Assembly (NCBI GenBank): GCA_045106895.1
Contig: JBGCFM010000096.1
Location: 1-50,552, forward strand
DNA from: Polyangiales bacterium
GTDB taxonomy: Bacteria > Myxococcota_A > Polyangia > Polyangiales > Houyiibacteriaceae
DNA length: 50,552 nucleotides
Direction of reading: 5' to 3'
Part shown: positions 1 through 8,728 of the stretch, piece by piece
Layout: each line of letters opens with the position of its first letter
Numbering within the stretch: the stretch's first letter is position 1
Program-made: the position numbers and the translations under genes
The notes under the pieces: generated by a model
What the model was told of the DNA's origin: nothing
What the model saw: only the letters and a program-made list of their open reading frames with translations
Databases searched by the model: none

Positions 1-315
1 GTGCTGCTCCTCAAGGAACGCCATCCCGCCATACGCGTCCACGTTTGGGCTCAGCGCCACGGATCGCTCGAAGTGCTCCCACGCTTCGACGGGGTGGTAG
101 GCGAGGCGCGCCATTCCGTATTCGAAGGCCGCGTCGCTACGGAGCTTGTGATGGGGCTCCGCGTATTGGCGTGTGAGGTCCTGACGATCGAGACATCGGT
201 AGGCGCGTGCAAGCCGCACATCGCGCTCGGCGGACACGGGCATTTTGAGGAGCGCGGCAACTGCGGCGTCGTAGTCGAGGTCTTCGAAGGCGGCGTGCAG
301 CTTCGCTTCCATCAT
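1..315 (-). CDS. Partial (runs off window edge) TPR-like helical protein
   Basis: Own translation from ATG at 315: MMEAKLHAAFEDLDYDAAVAALLKMP...AWEHFERSVALSPNVDAYGGMAFLEEQH. It is open to position 1 and has a TPR-like 'A..HFERSVALSP' pattern. It follows the upstream minus-strand gene. Confidence 0.6.
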   Translation of the reverse strand, partial: MMEAKLHAAFEDLDYDAAVAALLKMPVSAERDVRLARAYRCLDRQDLTRQYAEPHHKLRSDAAFEYGMARLAYHPVEAWEHFERSVALSPNVDAYGGMAFLEEQH

Positions 316-327
316 GACGCAACCACG

Positions 328-840
328 CTACATTGCGCCGCGCTGCTGCTCTTCCCAGAGGCGCTGTAGCTCCGCCGCCGAGGGCGGGTTCTCCGGGATC
401 GGCGGGAGCTCGTAGATTTCGATTCGAGAGTTCGGTCCGGTCTGAAGAATGGATACGTCGAGGCGTACGGTGGAACCGACGGCGCCCTGCACCGTCGCTC
501 CGCGAAAGATCGCGCCGGTCCCGATGGGGTCGACGGAACCGGTGAACAGACGCGGGCCAAAGTAAGCGAGGAGCTTCGGTCGCGGCACAGCTGAGCGGTA
601 TACGTGGCGGCGCTCGTTCTCGCGATCGAGCTCAAGCCCGCGTGGCAAAATCAGACCGGCCACGCTCTCTTCGCTCTCGCGCAGGTTGCCCTCGGCGTCA
701 TAGAGGTAGTCGTCGGTTCGAGTCTCCCCCGGCGCTCGGACCGGAGCCTCGGGCTCATCCACGCGATCAGGGGCCGTGATGACTTCGTCTTCGCCACAGG
801 CACCACTCACTAGAAGCACAAGGATGCAAAGAGTTCTCAT
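328..840 (-). CDS. Hypothetical lipoprotein
   Basis: Start MRTLCILVLLVSGAC (signal peptide with lipobox-like Cys). ATG at 840 is preferred over the longer ORF call. Confidence 0.7.
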   Translation of the reverse strand: MRTLCILVLLVSGACGEDEVITAPDRVDEPEAPVRAPGETRTDDYLYDAEGNLRESEESVAGLILPRGLELDRENERRHVYRSAVPRPKLLAYFGPRLFTGSVDPIGTGAIFRGATVQGAVGSTVRLDVSILQTGPNSRIEIYELPPIPENPPSAAELQRLWEEQQRGAM

Positions 841-901
841 CACCAGAGAACCTAGTGCGGGGCCCAGGAATATTGAAGGGGAAAGAGGCAGCAAAGAAAT
901 A

Positions 902-939
902 TTGAACGTCGTTGGTTCATCCGGGCACAAGCCAGCATG
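902..939 (+). promoter_or_regulatory. Putative ECF-sigma promoter, copy 1 (TTGAACG-N14-GGGCAC-N8-ATG)
   Basis: Same motif and spacing as the copies at 2880 and 6006. Confidence 0.6.
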
Positions 940-962
940 AAACGAAAACCTCCGGTGCAGCC

Positions 963-1598
963 ATGAACCTACAAGACCGACTGACCTCGTTTGCTATGTT
1001 GGGCGCCGAATGGGTGATGTGGCTGCTGGTAGGCCTCTCCATCATTTGCGTCGCCATCGTCCTAGAGCGGCTCTTCTATTTTGCCCGTTCACGAGACGAC
1101 GCCGAGCGCTTGCAGCGAGTGCTACGCAAACACCTTCAGCAAGGTGACACCGTCGCCGCCCTCAAGGCTATGGCGGCTTCACCCTCCGTCGAGGCCCGCG
1201 TCGCGGCGTCCGCCCTGGGCGTGCTCGAAGACGGCGCCGACTCCGTTCAGGAACACGTTCTTGGCGAACGCATCGTCGTGAAAACCAACATGGAGCGTGG
1301 TATCGCGTTCCTCGGAACCGTCGGCAACAACGCGCCCTTCGTCGGACTTCTGGGAACGGTTATCGGTATCATTCAAGCGTTCGCGGCGCTTAACGCGAGC
1401 GCGGGCCAAGTCACAACGGGGTTGATGGCGACGGTCGGCGAAGCCCTCGTCGCCACGGCCATTGGAATCCTCGTCGCCTTGCCCGCGGTGGCTGCCTACA
1501 ACTACTTCCAGCGCCTCATCAAGACGCGCCTGAGTTGGGCCGAGGCGCTCTGCCTCGATGTCCTCGCTCACCTGCGCTCCACGCGCGGAGAAGTCTAG
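963..1598 (+). CDS. exbB: MotA/TolQ/ExbB proton channel family protein
   Basis: FLGTVGNNAPFVGLLGTVIGII and GEALVATAIGILVALPAVAAYN are hallmark ExbB/TolQ TM motifs. ATG at 963. Confidence 0.92.
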   Translation: MNLQDRLTSFAMLGAEWVMWLLVGLSIICVAIVLERLFYFARSRDDAERLQRVLRKHLQQGDTVAALKAMAASPSVEARVAASALGVLEDGADSVQEHVLGERIVVKTNMERGIAFLGTVGNNAPFVGLLGTVIGIIQAFAALNASAGQVTTGLMATVGEALVATAIGILVALPAVAAYNYFQRLIKTRLSWAEALCLDVLAHLRSTRGEV

Positions 1599-2026
1599 TG
1601 GCCGGCGGCGCGATGGACGGCGGCGATGACGGCCTCATCTCCAGCATCAACGTGACACCTCTCGTGGACGTTGTGCTCGTGCTCTTGATCATCCTCATGG
1701 TCACGGCCACGGCCATCGCGAGCAAGACGATTCCGATGGACCTGCCGAGCGCGGCGACGGGCGAAGACGACGCGCAATCTCCGACGACGCTGGGTATCTC
1801 CGTGGACGCTGAGGGCGCGCTTTTTCTCGACCTCGAGCCCGTCGACGAGGACACGTTGCGTGAACGCGTTCGTCAGGCGCGAGCCGAGGATGAAGGAACT
1901 CGCGCCATCATCGCGGGAGACGGCGACGTGCCCTACGGCCGCATCGTGCGCGTCATCGACTTGCTGCGAAGTCTCCACGTGACGAAGTTCGCCATCAACG
2001 TCTCGCTGCCCACGGAGGCGACATGA
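1598..2026 (+). CDS. exbD: ExbD/TolR biopolymer transport protein
   Basis: INVTPLVDVVLVLLIILMVT and GDGDVPYGRIVRVIDLL motifs. GTG overlaps the exbB stop (TAGTG). Confidence 0.92.
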   Translation: MAGGAMDGGDDGLISSINVTPLVDVVLVLLIILMVTATAIASKTIPMDLPSAATGEDDAQSPTTLGISVDAEGALFLDLEPVDEDTLRERVRQARAEDEGTRAIIAGDGDVPYGRIVRVIDLLRSLHVTKFAINVSLPTEAT

Positions 2027-2808
2027 AGCGGCGACGAATGATGCGCTCGCCCGTCGTCCCCGCGCTGGTGCTGAGCGTCCTATTTCACGGCGTGACCATG
2101 GCCGTGCTCGACGTCGTCGAGGTGAGCGCCGCCGTTCCATCGCCGGAGCCGCCGATGGAGTTCATGGAACTTCCGGAGCCCGCCGAACCCGAGCCCGAGC
2201 CCGAACCCGAGATTCCGGAACCGGAACCCGAACCCGCGGAGGCGGAGGCAGCTCCTCGTGAGGTGACTCCGCCCCGACGTACGCCCCGTCCGGCTCGCCC
2301 AGCGCCGGCGCCGGTCCCTCAGGAAGAGACCTCCTTGGCCGCTACCGAGGACCTCGCTCTTGAGATGACCGACTTCCGGCTCTCGAGCGCGGATATCGGC
2401 ACGAGCCCCGGCCAGCGGCCTCAAGCCCGGCGTTCGCCCTCTACTACGGGGACGACGATGAGCGCCGCGGCGCCATCAACGGGTCCTCGTTTTGCGCCTG
2501 CAGCATCGCTGGCTCGGCCCCCTGTGCCCCCAAACGAAGCACGCATCGCTCGCTGCTTGGAGCGCAGCTATCCACGCCAGGCACAACAGCAAGGATTGTC
2601 CGGCTCGGCACGCGTCCGCCTGAATATTCGACCCGATGGTTCTCCGAGCCTCGTGCGAATCGCCTCCGTGAGTGTGCCGGGTCAAGGCTTCGGCGAGGCC
2701 TGCACGGCGTGTCTCAACGGCGAGTCCTGGAGCCCTCCGCTGGCCCGAAATGGACAACCCGTAAGCACCCGCGTCATGTACACATGTAGGTTTGCAGTCC
2801 GTGACTAA
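2023..2808 (+). CDS. tonB: Energy transducer TonB family protein
   Basis: N-terminal TM with SxxxH (LSVLFHG), EPEPEP Pro-rich linker, and C-terminal TonB domain (YPRQAQQQGLSGSARVRLNIRPDG). Confidence 0.85.
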   Translation: MKRRRMMRSPVVPALVLSVLFHGVTMAVLDVVEVSAAVPSPEPPMEFMELPEPAEPEPEPEPEIPEPEPEPAEAEAAPREVTPPRRTPRPARPAPAPVPQEETSLAATEDLALEMTDFRLSSADIGTSPGQRPQARRSPSTTGTTMSAAAPSTGPRFAPAASLARPPVPPNEARIARCLERSYPRQAQQQGLSGSARVRLNIRPDGSPSLVRIASVSVPGQGFGEACTACLNGESWSPPLARNGQPVSTRVMYTCRFAVRD

Positions 2809-2879
2809 GGTGTTTTCAGTCGCGGAGGGGCCTCATTCTCTGGATGAGCGAAGAATTCGACCAAAGATCTCAACTTTGT

Positions 2880-2917
2880 TTGAACGCTTCGACAAAGTAT
2901 GGGAACCGCCTCACGTG
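2880..2917 (+). promoter_or_regulatory. Putative ECF-sigma promoter, copy 2 (TTGAACG-N14-GGGAAC-N8-GTG), directly upstream of the sigma gene
   Basis: The GTG at 2915 is in frame with the sigma ORF. Spacing is identical to copies 1 and 3. Confidence 0.62.
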
Positions 2918-3517
2918 GGAGCCACCAACTCCAGGACCGTAGCGATTTCTCGTAGTGAGCCAGATAGCGCCGAATTGTCGGTAGACCCCTTGATCGCGCG
3001 CCTCGTTCGTGGGGATCCCTTCGCCCTCAGCGAGGTGTACGAGCGACATCACGCACGAATCCGTGCCTTTGCGCGTCGAATGGTGGGCAACGCCTCCGCC
3101 GAGGACCTCGTTCAAGACGTATTCATGGCGCTCCCAAAGGCGATGCGACGCTTTCGGGGGGACTGCTCCATCGAGACGTTCTTGCTCTCGATTGCCGCGA
3201 ACCGCAGTCGTCACCACGCACGCTCCCTCTTTCGTTTTCGGAGAGCCATCGGACGCGTCGCCGAAGAGCCCGTTTCGCGCCGCTCACGGGACGCGGAGGA
3301 AGTGATCCTTCAGGGAGAACTCCGGGCAGCCCTCGAGCGAGGCATCGCGAAGCTCTCGCACAATCACCGCGTGACCTTCGTGCTGTGCTCTGTGGAAGAA
3401 CGCTCCTCCGTAGAAGCGGCGTCCATCTTGGGCGTGCCCGAAGGAACCGTGCGCACGCGTCTCTTTCATGCGCGGCAGAAACTCCGTGATCACCTCAAAC
3501 GACAGGGGTACGGATGA
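2915..3517 (+). CDS. ECF-type RNA polymerase sigma-70 factor
   Basis: Region 2 AEDLVQDVF...TFLLSIAANRSRHHAR and region 4 EAASILGVPEGTVRTRLFHARQKL. Start placed at GTG 2915 because of the promoter motif; the ORF track extends to 2792. Confidence 0.9.
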   Translation: MGATNSRTVAISRSEPDSAELSVDPLIARLVRGDPFALSEVYERHHARIRAFARRMVGNASAEDLVQDVFMALPKAMRRFRGDCSIETFLLSIAANRSRHHARSLFRFRRAIGRVAEEPVSRRSRDAEEVILQGELRAALERGIAKLSHNHRVTFVLCSVEERSSVEAASILGVPEGTVRTRLFHARQKLRDHLKRQGYG

Positions 3518-4389
3518 GTGATCCACTAGACGATCTCCTCGACACGGCTTGTGAAGGCCTTCGCGAAGACACGGCGGCGGGTTCCGAGAGTGGCAAAGCC
3601 ACCGGTCGCGCTGTTATCGCGGGCCTCGCTCGGCGGCGACGACGCAAAGACTGGGCGATGGCCTCCGTCGTGGCGTTCTGCGTGCTCTTCGTGGCGCCGA
3701 CAGTGTGGGCTCACGTGACCGGACGCTTGAATGCCATCGTCGCGGTGCTCGTAAATCCACCCCCGGCGCAAAGCGCGCGAGCCGAAAACGAAACCCAAGC
3801 CAGGCGACTGCGGCCCGCTCCACAGCCGGAGATTGCGCAAGCCGACCCCGCGGAGGACATCACGGAAACGGCTCCTCTGCTCGCCGAAGAGCTGCCGGAA
3901 GAACTCACCGAAGAACTCACCGAAGAGCTGCCTCCAGAACCAAGGGAAGCGGAGGAAGACTCGATTGCCGAGCGCGAGATCTCCGAGCCCCAGATCTCCG
4001 AGACTCAGCGAAGCCCTCGTCCGCCGCGAAGGCACCGCGAGGCGCCCGACGAAGAAACCCAAGACGTCATCGACGAAAGCGCGGAGGAAGAGGACACCAT
4101 CGACGTGGAGGAGCGAGAGCTCTTTTCACGCGCACACCGCACCCACTTTGATGGGGGGACGTCGTCCCAGGCGCTGCGGCACTGGGATGACTACCTCGCC
4201 GCGTACCCGCACGGTCGTTTCGTCCCCGAGGCCCGCTTCAACCGCGCGCTGACGCTGATTCGTCTAGGCCAGCTCACCCAAGCTCGCGGCGTTCTCGAGC
4301 GCTTCGCGCGTGGTGACTTTGGCGCTGCCCGACGCACGCAGGCTGCGGAACTCCTCGAACTCATTGTAGACGAATCTCTGGAGCGCTGA
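3514..4389 (+). CDS. Putative membrane anti-sigma factor with acidic linker and C-terminal TPR-like domain
   Basis: ATGA overlap with the sigma gene. One TM after an Arg patch, an E/P-rich linker, and ALRHWDDYLAAYPHGRFVPEARFNRA TPR-like tail, as is typical downstream of myxobacterial ECF genes. Confidence 0.65.
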   Translation: MSDPLDDLLDTACEGLREDTAAGSESGKATGRAVIAGLARRRRRKDWAMASVVAFCVLFVAPTVWAHVTGRLNAIVAVLVNPPPAQSARAENETQARRLRPAPQPEIAQADPAEDITETAPLLAEELPEELTEELTEELPPEPREAEEDSIAEREISEPQISETQRSPRPPRRHREAPDEETQDVIDESAEEEDTIDVEERELFSRAHRTHFDGGTSSQALRHWDDYLAAYPHGRFVPEARFNRALTLIRLGQLTQARGVLERFARGDFGAARRTQAAELLELIVDESLER

Positions 4390-5990
4390 TGGTACTCGTC
4401 GTTCTACGGCGGGCTTTTTGGCTCGCGGTGGCGGTTTTCGTTGGCTCTGTGCACAGCGAGGCACAGGACCAAGACGAGCTGCCGGCGCCCACGGTCTCCG
4501 AGTTGAGCATCGAAGTTCGGTCGCCCGACCTCGTCGACGCAGAGAGTCTTCGCGACTCACTCCATGATGATCTCGGCGCCCGCGTGGAGATTCGTCTCGT
4601 GAGTGGTGATGAGGAACACGCGCGCGCACACCTCACTGTCGAATGGAACGAAGACCTCAGCCTCGTCGTGCTTCATCTGCGGCGCGGAGAAGAAGAGCGA
4701 CGGCGCGAGATCGTCGTGGATGGTGGCGTCGAAGAGCGAAGCATCGTCCTCGCCTTGCTCGCGTCCAACCTCGTGCGCGACGAAGCGGACGAGCTCATCG
4801 CGTCGCTCCGCGCCCAGCGGCAGAACGCAGATGAGCCCCCTCGCGCGGAACCCCTCGATGTCGTCGTCGAGGAAACACCCGAGACTGTCGCGCCGGAAGC
4901 TGACGTCGCGCCGGTCGAGACGCCGAGGAACCGAGCGGTGGACTCCTACATCGGCTTGGACCTCGCCCCCTATGTGGGCATGTCCAGCTACTTCCTCGGC
5001 CAGGACACACGCATGTTTTCCCTCGGCATGGTCGGCGCTCTGTCAGGCCGAATTCGAGGCCTAGGAATCTCTGGAGCCGCTGGAGTCACACGAAATCTCG
5101 CCGGCATTCAGATCGCGGGGGCTCTCGCTCTCACGCTCCGAGACGCAGCGGGCATCCAGGCTGGAGGCGTGGCTTCCGTCGTCCTCGATGACTTCGACGG
5201 GATTCAGTTCGCGGGCGCAACCACGATTACACTTGGGCGAATGCGCGGCGTGCAAGTGTCCGGAGCGCTGAACATCGCCGGGGCGCAAGCCGTCGGCGGA
5301 CAGGTGGCCATCGCGAACTACGCCGCGGAGCTGCGCGGCCTGCAGTTTGGGAACCTGAACTTGGCTGGGTCCATGACGGGCGTTCAAGCAGGTGTCGTGA
5401 ACTACGCAAACGAGGTCCATGGCGTTCAGCTTGGCCTGTTGAATGTCGCCAGCGGTGATGTGCACGGGATGCAAATCGGACTCGTCAACTTGGCGAAGAG
5501 CGCAGACGCGAGCATCGGACTCATCAACATCTACCGCGACAGCCGCACGCAGTTTCGTTTCGGCATGGACACAGCAGGCTTTATGGACGCCAGTCTGGTG
5601 CACGGAAGCCGAATCACGCACTCCATCTACAGCGTATCCGCCAATCCCGTCGCCGGTCGCACTTCCTTCGCCGTCGGCCTTGGTGTGGGGGCGCGCGTCT
5701 CGTTCTCAGAACGCGTTCACCTTGATATCGACGTCCTCGCACGCGCGCTGTTCTACCCGCAAAACGGCGGTGTTCGCTCCGATGCGATCTTGGAACCACG
5801 CCTCGTCCTCGGCGTACGTGTGTACAAAGCCGTCGGCTTCTTCGTAGGCCTCGCGTATCCCATTCGCTTTAGCGGCGCAGCGGAACCGACCACCTACGGA
5901 GCGCTCACGCGCGTGCTTCGAGACACGGAGGCGTCGGGTTCTTACGTTGATGCGTGGCCGAGTCTGAGCGTCGGTCTCGAGATTTTCTAA
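4389..5990 (+). CDS. Secreted protein with GxQxGxxN (LA_2272-like) repeats and probable C-terminal beta-barrel
   Basis: Signal peptide; repeats GIQIAG/GVQVSGALN/GLQFGNLN/GVQLGLLN/GMQIGLVN; ends in aromatic F (SVGLEIF). Confidence 0.7.
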   Translation: MVLVVLRRAFWLAVAVFVGSVHSEAQDQDELPAPTVSELSIEVRSPDLVDAESLRDSLHDDLGARVEIRLVSGDEEHARAHLTVEWNEDLSLVVLHLRRGEEERRREIVVDGGVEERSIVLALLASNLVRDEADELIASLRAQRQNADEPPRAEPLDVVVEETPETVAPEADVAPVETPRNRAVDSYIGLDLAPYVGMSSYFLGQDTRMFSLGMVGALSGRIRGLGISGAAGVTRNLAGIQIAGALALTLRDAAGIQAGGVASVVLDDFDGIQFAGATTITLGRMRGVQVSGALNIAGAQAVGGQVAIANYAAELRGLQFGNLNLAGSMTGVQAGVVNYANEVHGVQLGLLNVASGDVHGMQIGLVNLAKSADASIGLINIYRDSRTQFRFGMDTAGFMDASLVHGSRITHSIYSVSANPVAGRTSFAVGLGVGARVSFSERVHLDIDVLARALFYPQNGGVRSDAILEPRLVLGVRVYKAVGFFVGLAYPIRFSGAAEPTTYGALTRVLRDTEASGSYVDAWPSLSVGLEIF

Positions 5991-6005
5991 GGCTTGCACC
6001 TTTTG

Positions 6006-6043
6006 TTGAACGTTCTCGGCGCCACCGGGAACACCCCTGCATG
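6006..6043 (+). promoter_or_regulatory. Putative ECF-sigma promoter, copy 3 (TTGAACG-N14-GGGAAC-N8-ATG)
   Basis: The ATG at 6041 is the start of the TBDR signal peptide. Confidence 0.62.
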
Positions 6044-8728
6044 AGAAGAACAGCCCTGCTCTTCGTGCTCACTTTCGGTTTCGCGGAAGCACGCACTCAC
6101 GCCCAAGACGCTCCCGAAGAGAGCGGGGATTCCAACAACAATGCGGATGCTGCGGAGACGGAAACCGAAGCGGAATCCGTCGAAGCGGAAGCGACAGAAC
6201 CCGAAGCGGAAACGAGCCCAGCGCCGGACGCGGTGCTTCCTCCCTCGGTGCTCGAAGCAGCACAGGCGGTCTATCCTCCGGACGCTGAGCGACTCGGACT
6301 CACCGCCGTGGTCGGACTCTCCATCGTCATCGACGCAAGCGGCGAAGTGAGCGACGCACGCGTGCTCGAGGCTCAAGGACACGGCTTTGACGAAGCAGCA
6401 CTCTCCGCCATTCGGCGCTTTCGCTTCTCCCCGGCGACGCGCGGCGGCGAACCCATCGCCGTACGCATTCGCTACGACTACGTCTTTGAGCTCGAGGTGC
6501 CGGCGCCGCCGGAGCCCGTATTTGGAGAGATCGCCGGTCGTGTTCTCAGCCGCGAGAGCGAGACTCCGGTCCCGAACGCGGAACTCATTTTGACCTCCGA
6601 GGACCTCTCCCTTGCTCTCCGGCAAACGAGCGGCGACGACGGGGCTTTCACCTTCGCGGAGTTGCCCGCGGGCTCTTATAGCGTACGCGTCAATGCCGAG
6701 GGTTTTGACGCCGCTGACCTCGCAGAGAGCGTCGTCGCCGGTGAACACAACGAAGTGATCTACCGTCTTCGGCCAACGCGATCACAGGACGAAGAGGTGG
6801 AGGGCTTTGGTGCCCGCGCCGTCATTGATGCTCCGGCAAGAGAAGTGACGAGGCGCACCATTCCCCGCGAGGTTCTCACCCGCATTCCAGGAACGCGCGG
6901 CGATGCGCTCCGTGCCGTCGAGCTTTTGCCCGGCGTCGGGCGTCCCGCTTTCGGTTCGGGTCAGCTCATCGTGCGCGGCGCCAGCCCAGAGGAGAGCCAA
7001 GCCTTCGTCGAAGGCGCACCTCTCGCGCTGCTCTATCACTTCGGTGGCCTCACGGGCACCCTCAGCTCACGCCTCATCGACCAGATCGACTTCGTTCCTG
7101 GGAACTTCTCCGTTCGCTACGGCCGCAAGATGGGCGGCATCGTCGAGGTGAGTCTTCGCGACCCAACCTTGGATCTCGACGCGCGCGGTGTTCATGGTGC
7201 GCTCGAGCTGAGTGCCATCGATGCGAGCGGAATCATCGAGGTACCGATCGGTGAGCGCGCCGCTGGAGCCTTCGGGTTTCGACGGAGCATCCTCGACCTC
7301 TACATCGGGAGCGTCCTCCCGGACGACCTGGGCGTCGTCGCATCACCGGTCTACTACGACTACCAGGCGATGGTGACTTATCGTCCCACGCCGGACGACC
7401 GCCTGCGCTTCATGTTTCATGGCGCCAACGACCGCTTCGCCCTCAACTTCGACGACGCCGCCGGAGACGAGCCACAGGTCCGCGGCACCGCGAGCCTCGT
7501 GACGCGCTCCAACCAGTTGCAGATCGGCTGGAGGCATCAGTTCAACGCCAACACGAGGCTCGACCTCAGCGCGATGGCGGGACTGTGGCAGACGGACGTC
7601 TCCCTCGGGGAATCGTTTGGATTGCAGGTCGACGTTTGGCGCACGACCTACCGCCTGGAGCTGCGCCACCGTGTGAGCTCAGCCTTCGCGTTTGTGGCGG
7701 GCATCGACGCTGATGTGTCGCCCTACACGCTCTCGTACTTGGGCCCCGTCGTCTCGCAGGACGAGGGCGGCGAAATGGGCGCGGATATCGGAGACACGCA
7801 GGTCACGAGCCAGGGCTCAGAGACGGGTTTTCAGCCGGCCGCGTATCTCGAACTGGATATGCGTCCTGTTTCTTCGTGGCAGGTGCTCCTCGGTGCCCGC
7901 GTCGATTACAACCATCAAACGCGAAACGCGGCATTCGATCCGCGCCTCGCCACGATCGTTCACCTCACGGACGAAGTGCGACTCAAAGGCGGAGTCGGCA
8001 TCTTTAGTCAGCCATCGCCTTTCGAGTACGCCACGGCGGAGGTCGGCGGAAACCCAAACCTCGGCTGGCAGCACGCACTTCACAGCAGCATCGGCGTCGA
8101 AGCGGACGTCGCGGATGGCGTGCGCTTGAGCCTTGAAGGCTTCCACAAGTACCAGTGGGACCGCATCGTCAGCACACCGGGTGGTCAAGGCGCGGGCTTC
8201 GACAACGCGGGCATCGGTCGCATCTTTGGCGTCGAGGCCAGCGCGCGCGTCAACCCGGAAGGTCGCCGCTGGTTCGGCTACCTAAGCTACACCCTCTCCC
8301 GAAGCGAGCGGCGCGACCGACCGGAAGAAGACTGGCGACTCTTCGACTTCGACCAGACTCACATCTTCTCCCTTGCGGCGGTGTATCGCCTTCCTCGTGG
8401 TTGGGAGTTGGGCGCGACGATTCGACTCGTGAGCGGCAACCCCACCACCGTGCCCGAGGGCGCCGTGCTCAATGTCGACGACCTACGCTACCGCGCCATC
8501 GACGGCCCACTGAACAACAGCCGAAGCTCGCTCTTCAACCGCATCGACGTGCGCATCGAGAAGAAGTGGACCTTCGACGCTTGGTCACTCGGGCTCTACC
8601 TCGACGTTCAGAACGTCACGAATAGACAGAACGAGGAAGGTCGCTCGTTCAACTACGACTTCTCTGCATCGGAGCCCGTCCGTGGTCTCCCCATTCTTCC
8701 GGCGATCGGGATTCGAGGTGAACTATGA
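6041..8728 (+). CDS. TonB-dependent receptor with N-terminal TonB-C and carboxypeptidase-regulatory-like domains
   Basis: Signal peptide MRRTALLFVL; TonB-C (YPPDAERLG...GFDEAALSAIRRFRFSPA); GRV...PVPNAEL...DDGAFTFAELPAGSY domain; plug (IPGTRGDALRAVELLPGV, GNFSVRYGRKMGG); barrel ending LPILPAIGIRGEL. Confidence 0.9.
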   Translation: MRRTALLFVLTFGFAEARTHAQDAPEESGDSNNNADAAETETEAESVEAEATEPEAETSPAPDAVLPPSVLEAAQAVYPPDAERLGLTAVVGLSIVIDASGEVSDARVLEAQGHGFDEAALSAIRRFRFSPATRGGEPIAVRIRYDYVFELEVPAPPEPVFGEIAGRVLSRESETPVPNAELILTSEDLSLALRQTSGDDGAFTFAELPAGSYSVRVNAEGFDAADLAESVVAGEHNEVIYRLRPTRSQDEEVEGFGARAVIDAPAREVTRRTIPREVLTRIPGTRGDALRAVELLPGVGRPAFGSGQLIVRGASPEESQAFVEGAPLALLYHFGGLTGTLSSRLIDQIDFVPGNFSVRYGRKMGGIVEVSLRDPTLDLDARGVHGALELSAIDASGIIEVPIGERAAGAFGFRRSILDLYIGSVLPDDLGVVASPVYYDYQAMVTYRPTPDDRLRFMFHGANDRFALNFDDAAGDEPQVRGTASLVTRSNQLQIGWRHQFNANTRLDLSAMAGLWQTDVSLGESFGLQVDVWRTTYRLELRHRVSSAFAFVAGIDADVSPYTLSYLGPVVSQDEGGEMGADIGDTQVTSQGSETGFQPAAYLELDMRPVSSWQVLLGARVDYNHQTRNAAFDPRLATIVHLTDEVRLKGGVGIFSQPSPFEYATAEVGGNPNLGWQHALHSSIGVEADVADGVRLSLEGFHKYQWDRIVSTPGGQGAGFDNAGIGRIFGVEASARVNPEGRRWFGYLSYTLSRSERRDRPEEDWRLFDFDQTHIFSLAAVYRLPRGWELGATIRLVSGNPTTVPEGAVLNVDDLRYRAIDGPLNNSRSSLFNRIDVRIEKKWTFDAWSLGLYLDVQNVTNRQNEEGRSFNYDFSASEPVRGLPILPAIGIRGEL

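Noticed and set aside
1..369. 122-aa plus-strand ORF
   Set aside because: Shadow of the minus-strand TPR-like gene (1-315), which has better codon usage and context.
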